Positions 48,369-58,133 of a stretch of 64,000 nt of DNA are shown here, piece after piece. Location of the stretch: positions 2,592,001-2,656,000 of the forward strand of contig OZ244720.1 of the NCBI GenBank assembly GCA_965219085.1, written 5' to 3'. The position numbers and the translations under genes were made by a program. The notes beneath the pieces are model-generated. The model had not been told where the DNA came from and did not search any database. It saw nothing but the letters and a program-made list of their open reading frames with translations. The stretch's first letter is position 1, and every line of letters starts with the position of its first letter. Source of the DNA: Dehalococcoidia bacterium (GTDB taxonomy: Bacteria > Chloroflexota > Dehalococcoidia > UBA2979).

Positions 48369-50042
48369 ATGCCCGACCAACAGCCCGATCTCAAGCCCGC
48401 CGCCCTCTACGCCCGCGTCTCCAGCGACCGCCAGGACGTCGACCTCTCCGTCTCCGCCCAGCTGCGCGCGCTCCGCGACTTCGCCGAGAAGAACAATTAC
48501 CTTGTCGTCCGCGAGTATGTCGACGAGGCCGAGAGCGGGCGCGTCGCCGACCGCCCGCAGTTCCGGCAGATGCTCGATGCGGCCGGCAGCGACGACGCGC
48601 CCTTCGAGGAGATCCTCGTCTGGAAGTTCTCGCGCTTCACCCGCAAGCGCGAGCACGCCGTCGCCTTCAAGTCGATGCTGCGCCGCCGCGGCATCCGCGT
48701 CGTCTCCATCACCGAGCACGCCGACGACTCCCCCACCGGCAAGCTCATGGAGGCGATCATCGAGAGCGTCGACGAGTTCTATTCGGAGAACCTGGCGCAG
48801 GAGGTCATGCGCGGTCTGCGCGAGTCGGCTTCACGCGGCTTCTGGGTCGCCCCGCGCGCGCCTTACGGCTACCGCAGGGTCCAGGTGCAGGACGGCCCTA
48901 GGACGCGACCGAAGCTGGAGTTGAATCCGCCCGCCGACGGCATGGTCCGCCGCATCTTCGAGATGGCTCTGCAGGACCGGAGCGTCCTCGAGATCAGCAA
49001 GACGTTCAACGCCGAGGGCATCCCCAGCCCGGCAGGCAAGCGCTGGAACAAGACGACTATCCACCAGATGCTCGCCAACGAGACCTATACGGGAACCTTG
49101 CTCTGGGGCGTCACGGCCAAAGACGGGCTCCCACCCGTGCGTGTCGAGGATGCGTTCCCCGCCATCGTCTCCCGGAAGGAGTTCCAGGAGGTCGCGGGCC
49201 TGCTGCGTGCGAAGGCGCCGGCGCAGGTACATCCGCGTCGCGCCGGGAGCCCATATCTGCTGAGCGGGCTCGTGAAGTGCCGGCGCTGCCGCCGAGCGCT
49301 CACGGCAGCCGAGGCGAAGAGCGGCAAGTACACCTACTACGTCTGCCAGTCGCTGTTGAAGCGAGGCAGCGGTACCTGCGAGACCCCGCGGCTCAACGCG
49401 CAGCACTTCGAGCGGCTGATCATCGAGCAGATTCGGGAGCACATCCTCACCGAGTCCAACATCCGCGACCTCGTGCGGCTCGTTGACGAGGAGATGGACG
49501 GCGTAGCGCGCGAGGAGCGTGCGAAACTCGAGACCACCGAGGCCGAGCTGGCCGAGGTGCGCAGCAAGATGGACCGGCTGTGGCACGCCGTCGAGACCTC
49601 CGATCTGGAGGTCAACGACATCTTGCCCCGCCTGAGGCAGCACCAGGAGCGCCAGGAGCGCCTCGAGACGGCGGCGGCGGATGCGCGCAGGGCGCTCTCG
49701 GAGCGCCGCGTGGCGCTGGACAGCGTCGAGACCATCACCGCCTTCGCTCGAGAGATGAGCGAGTTCCTGCGGACCAGTAAACTCACCGAGTCGAAGACGT
49801 TCATCCGCTCCTTTGTGAAGGAGATCGCCGTCAAGCCCGGGACGGCGACGATCCGGTACACCATCCCGACGCCGCCGGACAGCCCCATCGGTGGGGGAGA
49901 TGCTGCGGAGATCGAGTTGCCCGAGGCAGTTCGCAGTACAGTCAGCTATGGCTGCCGGGGGAGGAATCGAACCTCCATCAAGGGATCCAAAGTCCCCTGT
50001 GCTACCGTTGCACCACCCGGCACCGCTGCGGATCCAGTCTAG
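48369..50042 (+). CDS. Large serine recombinase (integrase)
   Basis: YARVSS catalytic motif, SRFTR, APYGY recombinase domain, LSGLVKCRRC zinc ribbon, coiled coil. Confidence 0.95.
   Translation: MPDQQPDLKPAALYARVSSDRQDVDLSVSAQLRALRDFAEKNNYLVVREYVDEAESGRVADRPQFRQMLDAAGSDDAPFEEILVWKFSRFTRKREHAVAFKSMLRRRGIRVVSITEHADDSPTGKLMEAIIESVDEFYSENLAQEVMRGLRESASRGFWVAPRAPYGYRRVQVQDGPRTRPKLELNPPADGMVRRIFEMALQDRSVLEISKTFNAEGIPSPAGKRWNKTTIHQMLANETYTGTLLWGVTAKDGLPPVRVEDAFPAIVSRKEFQEVAGLLRAKAPAQVHPRRAGSPYLLSGLVKCRRCRRALTAAEAKSGKYTYYVCQSLLKRGSGTCETPRLNAQHFERLIIEQIREHILTESNIRDLVRLVDEEMDGVAREERAKLETTEAELAEVRSKMDRLWHAVETSDLEVNDILPRLRQHQERQERLETAAADARRALSERRVALDSVETITAFAREMSEFLRTSKLTESKTFIRSFVKEIAVKPGTATIRYTIPTPPDSPIGGGDAAEIELPEAVRSTVSYGCRGRNRTSIKGSKVPCATVAPPGTAADPV
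49949..50022 (-). tRNA. tRNA-Gln (TTG)
   Basis: Cloverleaf, anticodon loop CTTTGGA, GGTTCGATTCC T-arm, CCA end. Confidence 0.95.
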
Positions 50043-50126
50043 GCAACCGGCCCCTCCCGGCGATAGCCTGATAGGTGAAGGCGGCACGCTCGAGCTGCCG
50101 TCGCACTGCGCATGGGAGGCCTCACC

Positions 50127-51260
50127 ATGACCGAGTTGCAGGCCGAGGCACAGCAGCGCCTGGACGAGTTGGAGTCGAAGTTCGAAGCCCTGGCGGGGCA
50201 CTTCCTCGGCTACCCGACCAACCAGGACTTCGACTACTCGGCGCTGCTGCCGTTCCTGAGCTACAACGTGAACAATGTCGGCGATCCGTTTCACGAGAGC
50301 GGCTTCAGCACCAACACCCACGACATCGAGCGCGAGGTGATCGGCCACTTCGCGGACTTGATGCGCCTCCACGACGACGAGGCGTGGGGCTACGTCACCA
50401 ACGGCGGCACCGAGGGCAACATGTACGGCATGTTCCTCGCCCGCGAGCTGTTCCCGGACGGCATCGTCTACTTCTCCGAGGACACCCACTACAGCATCCT
50501 CAAGATCACGCGCGTCCTCAGGACCCGCAACATCATGATCAAGAGCCAGACGAGCGGCGAGATCGACTACGACGACCTCTACGAGTCAATCCGCATCAAC
50601 CGCGATGTGCCTGTGATCTTCATGGCCAACATCGGCACCACCATGAAGGGCGCCATCGACGACGCGCGACGCGTGCGCGAGATCTTCGAAGCCCTCGCCA
50701 TCACGCAGCACTACATCCACGGCGATGCGGCGCTCAGCGGGATGATCCTGCCGTTCGTCGACGACCCGCAGCCGCACACCTTCGCCGACGGCTTCGACAG
50801 CATCTCGATCAGCGGCCACAAGCTCATCGGCGCGCCGATCCCCTGCGGGGTCGTGCTTTCCCGCAAGGAGTACGTCGCGCGCATCGCCCGATCGATCGAG
50901 TACATCGGGGCGATGGACACCACGCTCACGGGCTCGCGCAACGGCATCACCCCGCTGATGCTGTGGCTCGCCTGGGAGCGTTACGGTATCGAGGGGTTCC
51001 GCGAGCTCGTCGCGAACATGCTCGGCGTCGCCGCGTACGCCGTCGAGCGCTTCAACAGCCTCGGGATCCCGGCGTGGCGCAACCGCAACTCGGCGACTGT
51101 CGTGTTCCCGCGTCCGCCCGCCGACATCATCGAGAAGTGGCAGCTCGCGCCGTACGAGGCCATCGCGCACCTGATCACGATGGGCCACGTGACCCGCGAG
51201 CAGATCGACCAACTCGGCGACGAGCTCGCGGCGGCGCGCAGGGTCAGCCGGTCCGCCTGA
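50127..51260 (+). CDS. hdcA: PLP-dependent histidine decarboxylase
   Basis: NNVGDPF, WGYVTNGGTEGNMYG, THYS, HGDAALSG, SISGHK, GSRNG. Confidence 0.85.
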   Translation: MTELQAEAQQRLDELESKFEALAGHFLGYPTNQDFDYSALLPFLSYNVNNVGDPFHESGFSTNTHDIEREVIGHFADLMRLHDDEAWGYVTNGGTEGNMYGMFLARELFPDGIVYFSEDTHYSILKITRVLRTRNIMIKSQTSGEIDYDDLYESIRINRDVPVIFMANIGTTMKGAIDDARRVREIFEALAITQHYIHGDAALSGMILPFVDDPQPHTFADGFDSISISGHKLIGAPIPCGVVLSRKEYVARIARSIEYIGAMDTTLTGSRNGITPLMLWLAWERYGIEGFRELVANMLGVAAYAVERFNSLGIPAWRNRNSATVVFPRPPADIIEKWQLAPYEAIAHLITMGHVTREQIDQLGDELAAARRVSRSA

Positions 51261-51297
51261 CCACGCACGTCCCTCGCGGCCGCCGAGCGGCCGTGGC

Positions 51298-51705
51298 ATG
51301 AAGAGGAGCGCCATGCAGCGCATCATCGTGAGCACGAAGAACGAGGTCGGCGTGATCGCCGGCATCACCGCGGCCCTCGCCGACCGCGGCATCAACATCC
51401 AGTCGCTCGACACCGAGGGCGTCGGCGATCACGGGATGGTCGTCATCACCACCGATGACGATGACCGCGCGCTCCTCGCGCTCTCGAGCGCTGGCTACCG
51501 CGCCGTCGCCGACGACGCCCTGATCGTGCGGCTCGTCGACGAGCCGGGCGCGCTCGCGCAGCTCTCGGCGCAGTTCCGCGACGCGGGCGTGAACATCCAG
51601 AGCATGCACATCCTCAACCGCCACGGCGGCCACGCCACGATCGCGCTCAGCGCCGACAACATCGACCTCGCACGCTCGGTCGTGGACGAGGGCTCGATGC
51701 TCTGA
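51298..51705 (+). CDS. Double ACT-domain protein
   Basis: NEVGVIAGITAALADRGINI and DEPGALAQL...AGVNI. Confidence 0.85.
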   Translation: MKRSAMQRIIVSTKNEVGVIAGITAALADRGINIQSLDTEGVGDHGMVVITTDDDDRALLALSSAGYRAVADDALIVRLVDEPGALAQLSAQFRDAGVNIQSMHILNRHGGHATIALSADNIDLARSVVDEGSML

Positions 51706-51809
51706 GCCGCGGCGGGGGCAGCGAGTTCCAGGCGCGCCCCGCCGTCCGGCCTGCACGCACGGAGCGAGGAATCGTAGACCGACCTGCTCCGGGAACCGGG
51801 TACCTCGCG

Positions 51810-52104
51810 CTGGTGCTCGGGCTCATCCTCGGACCGGTGTGCTGTTCGTCGTGTTCGGCCTGGGACTGCGTGGCAAGGGCCGCGTTGAGCAACTCGCCGC
51901 GGTCGCGAGGTGGCGACCGTCGAGCGAGCCGGGTTCATTCCGCGCGTGCTCGGTTGGGGCGGCGGGCGAGGCCTCGCGAATCGGCTGACCGACGGCCTCC
52001 GCATCACGCTGGAGTCGGGAGCTATCTACTACATCAGCCCCTCGGACCGCGCGGCGCTCGCGGACAGCGTCCTTGCGAGCGCGGAGGACCAGCAGGCCGG
52101 TTAG
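51810..52104 (+). pseudogene. Probable degraded PH-domain membrane-protein gene
   Basis: C-terminal LRITLESGAIYYISPSDR pattern; upstream hydrophobic part lies in another frame. Confidence 0.3.
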
Positions 52105-52140
52105 GCTTCCCGCCCCGGAGAGCGGGGCGGCGCGCGCTCG

Positions 52141-52551
52141 CTACCCCTCGGCGCGCTGGCGGACGAGCACCATCTCGCCCTCCGGCATGTAGCCGGCGGC
52201 GGCGGCAAGAGCGAGGCCGCCCGTGTTCTGCTCGTGGACCATCACGTAGATGGCGCTGGCGCCCTCGCCGAAGAGGTGGTCGGCGGCCTCGTCCATGAGC
52301 GCCCGCGCCACACCCTTGTGGCGCGCGTCCTCCGAGACGGCGACGTGGTAGATGTACGCACGCCACCCGTCGAAGGAGGCGACGGCCGCGCCGACCATGG
52401 CGTCACCGTCCTCGGCGACGAGGACGGCGGCCGCGGGATGCGCCACCAGCACGTCCCACTCCTCCTCGCTGAGGCGTCCGAGGCCGGTCTCGACCCACAG
52501 GTCGACGAGACTGTCGTGGTCGCTGCTGTTGGCTCTTCGGATGTCCACCAT
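52141..52551 (-). CDS. GNAT acetyltransferase
   Basis: YHVAVSEDARHKGVARALM. Confidence 0.88.
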   Translation of the reverse strand: MVDIRRANSSDHDSLVDLWVETGLGRLSEEEWDVLVAHPAAAVLVAEDGDAMVGAAVASFDGWRAYIYHVAVSEDARHKGVARALMDEAADHLFGEGASAIYVMVHEQNTGGLALAAAAGYMPEGEMVLVRQRAEG

Positions 52552-52685
52552 CTCGCGCCTCGCTTCCCGCCGCGGTGCGCGTTCGCGGCTCACCACGAAC
52601 GTGCACCGTGCGGCCCGAGGCCGTCAACACCCGCCCAGCCGTTGCGCCCTGCCTCGGTCGCCGCGTGCCGGGGCGGAGCCCCGCG

Positions 52686-53507
52686 CTACCGCCCCTTGAA
52701 CTGCGGCGCGCGACGCTCCGAGAACGCCGCGACCGCCTCGCCCATGTCCTCGGTCTTCATCGCCAGCCCCTCGGCGGCGAGGGAGAACGGGATCACATCC
52801 TGCGAGATGCGCTCGAGCGAGCGGTTGATCGCGCGCTTCGTGGTGCGGATCGCGTAGGGCGCGCCCGCCGCGATGCGCGACGCCATCGCGATCGCCTCGT
52901 CGAGCAGGTCCTCGTCGTCGTAGACGCGGAACACGAGGCCGAGCCGCTCGGCGGTCTCGGCGTCGACGTGCTCGCCGGTGAAGAGGTAGTACTTCGCGGC
53001 CTGCGGGCCGACCAACTGCGGCCACAGCACCGCCCCGCCGTCGCCGGCCGTGATGCCGACCACGACGTGCGTGTCGCCGATGCGGATGCTGCGCCCGGCG
53101 AGCACGATGTCGCCGAGCAGCGCGACCGTCGCGCCGAGACCCAGTGCGTAGCCCTTGACCGCCGTGATCACCGGCTTGTCGAGCCGCAGGAAGCCGTCGA
53201 CGATGTTGCGCGCTTCGCCCTCGAGGCCGAGCGGCAGCGCGGGGTCGAGCGAGGGGTCGCCGAAGCTCGCCTCGACGTCGGCGCCGGAGCAGAACGAGCG
53301 CCCGGCGCCGGTGAGGACCACCGCTCGCACATCCTCGTCGTCCTGGATGTCGCCCGGCAACTGCGCAAGTTCGCTGTGCATCGGCCCGCCGACGGCGTTG
53401 TGACGCTCGGGTCGGTTGAGCGTGACGACGGCGACACCGTCGTCGCGCTTGTCGATGAGCATGACCTCGTAGTTGCTCTGGTCGAGGGTCCGGGGCGGGC
53501 GAGCCAT
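52686..53507 (-). CDS. Enoyl-CoA hydratase/isomerase family protein
   Basis: TLNRPERHNA, FCSGAD, AVKGYALGLG. Confidence 0.92.
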   Translation of the reverse strand: MARPPRTLDQSNYEVMLIDKRDDGVAVVTLNRPERHNAVGGPMHSELAQLPGDIQDDEDVRAVVLTGAGRSFCSGADVEASFGDPSLDPALPLGLEGEARNIVDGFLRLDKPVITAVKGYALGLGATVALLGDIVLAGRSIRIGDTHVVVGITAGDGGAVLWPQLVGPQAAKYYLFTGEHVDAETAERLGLVFRVYDDEDLLDEAIAMASRIAAGAPYAIRTTKRAINRSLERISQDVIPFSLAAEGLAMKTEDMGEAVAAFSERRAPQFKGR

Positions 53508-53650
53508 GGGCGTGTGTTTCCTTTCACGATCGCGTGCCCAATCGATGCTACATGGGCGGGCGAAGGCTCGCGGGCGGGTGTACCATCCGCATCGTTATCT
53601 CCAGGGCAGGGGCCGCCGACATCCTCGCGCCGGGGCTTGGGGGAGCGCGC

Positions 53651-54352
53651 ATGGCTGGCGGCGTACCGAGTCACGGGCCGTGGTGCAGCACGCAGACGTA
53701 TCCGACGCGATGTGTCGTATGCGGTGACGATGTCTTCCATTTCCGATGCACCTGCGGATCGAGTGTCCTCTTCGACCATCTCGGCGACCCATGGCCGATC
53801 CACCGGGACGACTCGCTGCCCTACCAGCGCAAGCTTGAGATCGTGGCGGCGAAGATCGGCGGCAAGGATGCAGCCGCGCGCTACCTCGAGACCCAGATGA
53901 TGACCGGCACCGTCGATGCCGCCTCCGGGCGGCGCGTCGAGCCGACATGGTGGCGGGAGGTGAAGCCGCCGCCACATCCGCCTCTGCCCGATGAGCCCGC
54001 CCGCGAGATCGTCCGGATGGACCCCTACGCCGGGGCAGCCGAGGACGTGATGGGCGTGGTCCGCGACCTCTTCCGGGACGTTGACGTGTACCGCCGACTC
54101 GGGCTCCCGGAGACATCCGTCTCGGCCGCCGCGCTCGACGAACTGGGCGAGGGCCGGTTCGCCCAAATCACCGTGCACAACACGGCCATCGGCGAACCGG
54201 ACATCGAGAGCTACACGTTCTTCATCCGCGCGCGGCGGATTGCGGGGCTCGGCGTCCGCCGCGGGCACCTCGTCCATTGCTCGCTGCGAGGCGTCTCCGT
54301 GGTGGAACGCGATCCCGTCTGGCTGTGCGACGACATCGAGTGGCCGATCTAG
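53651..54352 (+). CDS. Hypothetical protein with N-terminal Cys/His zinc finger
   Basis: CVVC...CTCGS...PWPIH; start uncertain. Confidence 0.6.
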   Translation: MAGGVPSHGPWCSTQTYPTRCVVCGDDVFHFRCTCGSSVLFDHLGDPWPIHRDDSLPYQRKLEIVAAKIGGKDAAARYLETQMMTGTVDAASGRRVEPTWWREVKPPPHPPLPDEPAREIVRMDPYAGAAEDVMGVVRDLFRDVDVYRRLGLPETSVSAAALDELGEGRFAQITVHNTAIGEPDIESYTFFIRARRIAGLGVRRGHLVHCSLRGVSVVERDPVWLCDDIEWPI

Positions 54353-54381
54353 GCTGCTCCCCACGGCTCCCCCACCCAGGT

Positions 54382-54645
54382 GCGAGGATCCCGGCGCTGC
54401 CGAGCAGCCGCGCGAGGTTGCGCGGGCGCACGCCGTCGCCAAGCCCTCGCACCGCGTCGACGACCGCCGTGCGGCCGTTCGCAGTCAGCGTGCGGTCCGT
54501 GAGATCGTCGAACCTGGCCTCGAGCTCGGCGGGGGAGAGCGGGCGCTCCGGGTCGCCCTTCGCGCCCTCGACGTACACACGCAGCGTGCGGCCGTCCGTC
54601 AGTTCGTGGGCGAGCCATGGGCGTGTGTTTCCTTTCACGATCGCG
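54382..54645 (-). pseudogene. Chimeric remnant: enoyl-CoA hydratase leader joined to a MmgE/PrpD 3' end
   Basis: 54608-54645 is identical to 53497-53534; 54382-54606 resembles 55480-55704. Confidence 0.8.
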
Positions 54646-54704
54646 CCGAGATGCTACGCGCGGGACCCTCTACGGCCCTCTCCCGCGACTTGAATCGTGC
54701 CCCG

Positions 54705-55379
54705 TTATCCGCGGCCGGTGGCTACCGCGGTGTATCGGTGGAGGTGGTGCGCGTAGGCCTCGGGCGAGACGAACGAAGGCGCGTTCGCGGTCTCGAATCG
54801 GTCCGTTGCGTCATTCCAGTGGTGGATCAGTCGCGCGGCTACCCGGCCGTCGCGGACATGATCGACTTCGTGGATGGTCTCGACGACGCGTCGCTCGGGG
54901 TTCTGCCACCTGCCGAAGCTGCGGATGTAGACGACCACATCGATCAGCGAGGCCTGCTCGTTGGTGACTCCGTTCTCCGCGATCACGTCGAATGCGGAGT
55001 CGATGCCGTCAGCGTGCAGCGCCGTCGCGATCACATGTCCGCGAGCGTGCGCGGCCGCGAAGACCTGCCGCACGTCGGGCCCCCACAGGTAGCTGTCGGT
55101 GACGGGGTGTGGCGCGATTTCGGACATCGTGAGGTAGCCGGGCGCCGCGCCCGCATCCGGTATCCCGAGCGAGTCGCCGTGTCGCCTCCCGAGCATGTAG
55201 AGCGGGATCGACTCGGGGCGCTCCTCGAACACCGCCGACATGAGCGTCGTCTTGCCCGCGTTCCGGGGAATCGCAACCATCAGCAGGGACCGCGGTTCGC
55301 CGACGGCCGCCGCAAGGAACGCGGCCATCCCAGGGCCGAGCGTCCGGTTCGCAACCAGTTCGCTGAGCGTGAGTGCCAT
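54705..55379 (-). CDS. Short CpaF/VirB11-like P-loop ATPase
   Basis: PRNAGKTT Walker A, MSEI, TALHAD. Confidence 0.7.
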   Translation of the reverse strand: MALTLSELVANRTLGPGMAAFLAAAVGEPRSLLMVAIPRNAGKTTLMSAVFEERPESIPLYMLGRRHGDSLGIPDAGAAPGYLTMSEIAPHPVTDSYLWGPDVRQVFAAAHARGHVIATALHADGIDSAFDVIAENGVTNEQASLIDVVVYIRSFGRWQNPERRVVETIHEVDHVRDGRVAARLIHHWNDATDRFETANAPSFVSPEAYAHHLHRYTAVATGRG

Positions 55380-55454
55380 CGATCACCTCCCATTCCCCTG
55401 GCAGAAGGGGCAGCGGAGTCCCGAGCATGCCGAGGGCCTCGGCGCGGGCGCGGT

Positions 55455-56864
55455 TTAGCCGAGATCCGCCACCCCTGGCGCGAGGATCCCGGTGCTGCCG
55501 AGCAGCCGCGCGAGGTCGCGCGGGCGCACGCCATCGCCGAGGCGCCGGACTGCCTCGATCACCCGCGCGCGGCCGTCTGTGGTGAGCGTGCGGTCGGTGA
55601 GGTCGGCGAACTTGGCCTCGAGCTCGGCCAGCGACAGTGGCTGCTCCGGATCGCCCTTTGCACCCTCGACGTACTTGCGCAGCGTGCGGCCGTCGGTCAG
55701 CTCGATCTCGACCTCGGCGGGCCAGTGCTGTGGGAAGATCGCCTCGAGGTCCGGCGAGCGGTAGCACTCGACCCGGTCCATGAACGCGGCCGCCTCCGGC
55801 GAGGCGATCGCGTCAGGACGGTACTGGCGCGTGCCGGCGGCGCGATGCAGCACTGCCACCGCCGCGGCGTACGGCATGCTGAACTGCGCGTCGACGATCG
55901 AGGCCGGCCTGCGCTTCTCCGCCTCGGGCTCCGCGACGATGCTCCACCCCGCTTCGAGCACCCCGACGCGGACGCGCGCGATAGCGTCGGGCGCGAGGTC
56001 ATGCTCGCGAACGAGCGTGAGGATCGCGTCGATCGGCGCCTGGTTGTAGCGGCAGCACGCGTACGCCTTGATGCTGGTCGTGTGGATCGCGAGATCGGCG
56101 GTCCGGAGGCCCGCCGTGAGCGCGCCCGGATCGGACGTGTCGCTGTACGCCTGCAGGAACCCCGACCGCCCGGCGATGGGGTCGATCGGCCCGATGTAGC
56201 CGAGCGCGGCGAGCCGCGCGGCGACGATGCCGCCGTGCGCCGCCCAGCCGGGGTGCAGCCGCTTCGTCCACGCGCCGCCGTCGAGGAACGCCATCGAGCC
56301 CGCGGCCGTGCTGAGCGCGATGCCGAGCGCGGAGCGTAGCTGCGTGGCGTCGAGCCGGAGCAGCCGCCCGGCGGCGACCGCCGCGCCGAAGACGCCGACC
56401 GTGCCCGTGGGGTGGAAGCCGCGCGCGTACTGGCCGGCCGCGGTGGCGGCCTCGCCGATGCGCCCGATCACCTCGTACCCGGCGACGACCGCCTCGGCGA
56501 ACGCGTCGAAGTCGGCGTCGGTGGACTCGGCGAGCGCGAGCGCTGCCGGGAACACGGCCGAGCCGGGGTGCGACGACGACGGCTGGTGTGTGTCGTCGGA
56601 TTCGAGGGCGTGCGCGCTGACCCCGGCGACGAGCGCCGCGTACTCCTCGGGCGCTCGCAGCCCGCCCGGCGCCGGGCTCGCGCCCGGCCGGTCGGCGACG
56701 AAGCGCCGCACGGTACACGTCGACTCGGCGTCGAGCCCGCCGAGGGCGTTCGCGGCGTGGTCGAGCAGCAGGTAGCGGATCTGCGTCGCGTCGGCCTCAT
56801 CGAGCCGGTACGAGGCGGCCCAGTCGAGCAGCGCGGCGGTGGCGGTGAGGTCGGTGGTGGTCAT
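55455..56864 (-). CDS. MmgE/PrpD family protein
   Basis: HALESDDTH...HPG, RGFHPTG, KAYACC, AQFSMPY, KGDP. Confidence 0.92.
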   Translation of the reverse strand: MTTTDLTATAALLDWAASYRLDEADATQIRYLLLDHAANALGGLDAESTCTVRRFVADRPGASPAPGGLRAPEEYAALVAGVSAHALESDDTHQPSSSHPGSAVFPAALALAESTDADFDAFAEAVVAGYEVIGRIGEAATAAGQYARGFHPTGTVGVFGAAVAAGRLLRLDATQLRSALGIALSTAAGSMAFLDGGAWTKRLHPGWAAHGGIVAARLAALGYIGPIDPIAGRSGFLQAYSDTSDPGALTAGLRTADLAIHTTSIKAYACCRYNQAPIDAILTLVREHDLAPDAIARVRVGVLEAGWSIVAEPEAEKRRPASIVDAQFSMPYAAAVAVLHRAAGTRQYRPDAIASPEAAAFMDRVECYRSPDLEAIFPQHWPAEVEIELTDGRTLRKYVEGAKGDPEQPLSLAELEAKFADLTDRTLTTDGRARVIEAVRRLGDGVRPRDLARLLGSTGILAPGVADLG

Positions 56865-56940
56865 CGCGGCGGCGTCCCCGCTCGGCGCAGTCGCCGCCCG
56901 GCGGAGTCGCGAGGCCAGGGCGACGTCAATGCGGTGAGGT

Positions 56941-57014
<74 letters not shown>

Positions 57015-57127
57015 CCGGACTTCGATTGTCGCGGTTGCGCGCTGCGGTTTCCAGCGCGCCGGTTTCAGTGCTGCGGTTCAAGCGCACGCGCGCCCCGGAG
57101 ACCGGGGCGCGTGACGTGTGTGATTGC

Positions 57128-57214
57128 TGGTGCCGAGGATGAGACTCGAACTCATACGCCCTTACGGGCACCGCCCCCTCAAGACGGCGTGTCTGCCAAT
57201 TCCACCACCTCGGC
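57128..57214 (-). tRNA. tRNA-Leu (GAG)
   Basis: Anticodon loop TTGAGGG, long variable arm, CCA. Confidence 0.95.
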
Positions 57215-57223
57215 AGGTGTTGC

Positions 57224-57299
57224 TGGCAGGAGTGGAGGGATTCGAACCCCCGACCTGCGGTTTTGGAGACCGCTGCTCTTCCAGCTGAGCTACACTCCT
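57224..57299 (-). tRNA. tRNA-Trp (CCA)
   Basis: Anticodon loop CTCCAAA, T-arm, CCA. Confidence 0.95.
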
Positions 57300-57476
57300 G
57301 CGCCCCATCGAGTCTAACAATGGCTCTGCGGGGAGTGAAGCGCCCGCTATCCCCGTGGGCGTGTGGTCGCGGGGTGCCGATAGCAACGTGGGTTGGACGT
57401 GATAGCCAGCGAGGTCGCCTAAGAGCACACTACTGGAGCGTGTGAATCAAGCTACCGCTGCCAGGAGGACATACTG

Positions 57477-57629
57477 ATGGGCAGACAGAGCGACCGCGAC
57501 AACCACGCGAATCAGCTCAATCCCAATAACGACGCTTACTGGCAGTCGCGCCAGGAAGACGAGCGCCCGCGGGGCTGGGATAACCGGACGCAAGAAGACA
57601 AGAAGCGGGACGAGACTCAGAAGAGCTGA
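57477..57629 (+). CDS. 50-aa small protein (MGRQSDRDNHANQLNPNNDAYWQSR...)
   Basis: AGGAGG RBS, clean ORF below the track's size cutoff. Confidence 0.7.
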   Translation: MGRQSDRDNHANQLNPNNDAYWQSRQEDERPRGWDNRTQEDKKRDETQKS

Positions 57630-57674
57630 ACGGGGCAGGCGACCACCGCCGATGTCCCGAGCGACCCGACTGGG

Positions 57675-58133
57675 TCACTCATCTGAGAGTCGCGAGCGGT
57701 TGATCGCCGCGCACAGTTGCGCCTGGACCTCGCGCATCTGTTCCGGGCTCTCGTAGGCGTGGCGAGGCCAGAAGAACCCTCGGAGCCCGTCGCCGCGGCT
57801 CCTCGGCACGACGTGCAAGTGCAGGTGCGCGACGCTCTGGCTCACGCGGTTGTTATTCGCCACGAACGTCCCCTGCGCGCCCAGCGCCTCCGGCATCACC
57901 CACGCGATGCGCTGCACGACCTCGAAGAACGCCCCGAGGTCACGTGCTGGCAGGTCCGACAGCGTCTCGACATGGGCGCGCGGAATCACGAGCGTGTGCC
58001 CCGGAAACAGCGGACGGTGATCGAGGAACGCGAGCGTCCGTTCGTCCTCGTACACGATGTGGGCCTCGGCATCGCCCGACGCGATCGCGCAGAAGACGCA
58101 GCGCTCGCCGCCCGTCGCGTCTGGCGGCGTCAC
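57675..58133 (-). CDS. HIT family protein
   Basis: CVFC, GHTLVIP, HLHLHVVPR. Confidence 0.92.
   Translation of the reverse strand: MTPPDATGGERCVFCAIASGDAEAHIVYEDERTLAFLDHRPLFPGHTLVIPRAHVETLSDLPARDLGAFFEVVQRIAWVMPEALGAQGTFVANNNRVSQSVAHLHLHVVPRSRGDGLRGFFWPRHAYESPEQMREVQAQLCAAINRSRLSDE

Larger units (their letters stand above)
1..49948. mobile_element. Integrative conjugative element inserted at tRNA-Gln 3' end (left boundary outside window)
   Basis: Serine recombinase abutting the tRNA CCA end; VirB4, VirD4, relaxase, pilins; primase/SSB/RadC/MTase/helicase module; housekeeping-type genes resume beyond the tRNA. Confidence 0.85.

Noticed and set aside
1-49948. Duplicated tRNA-Gln 3' end marking the far att site
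   Set aside because: None noticed in the window; the element probably extends left, and serine integrases leave only short cores
54705-55379. VirB11 of the ICE
   Set aside because: Lies on the host side of the tRNA among metabolic genes
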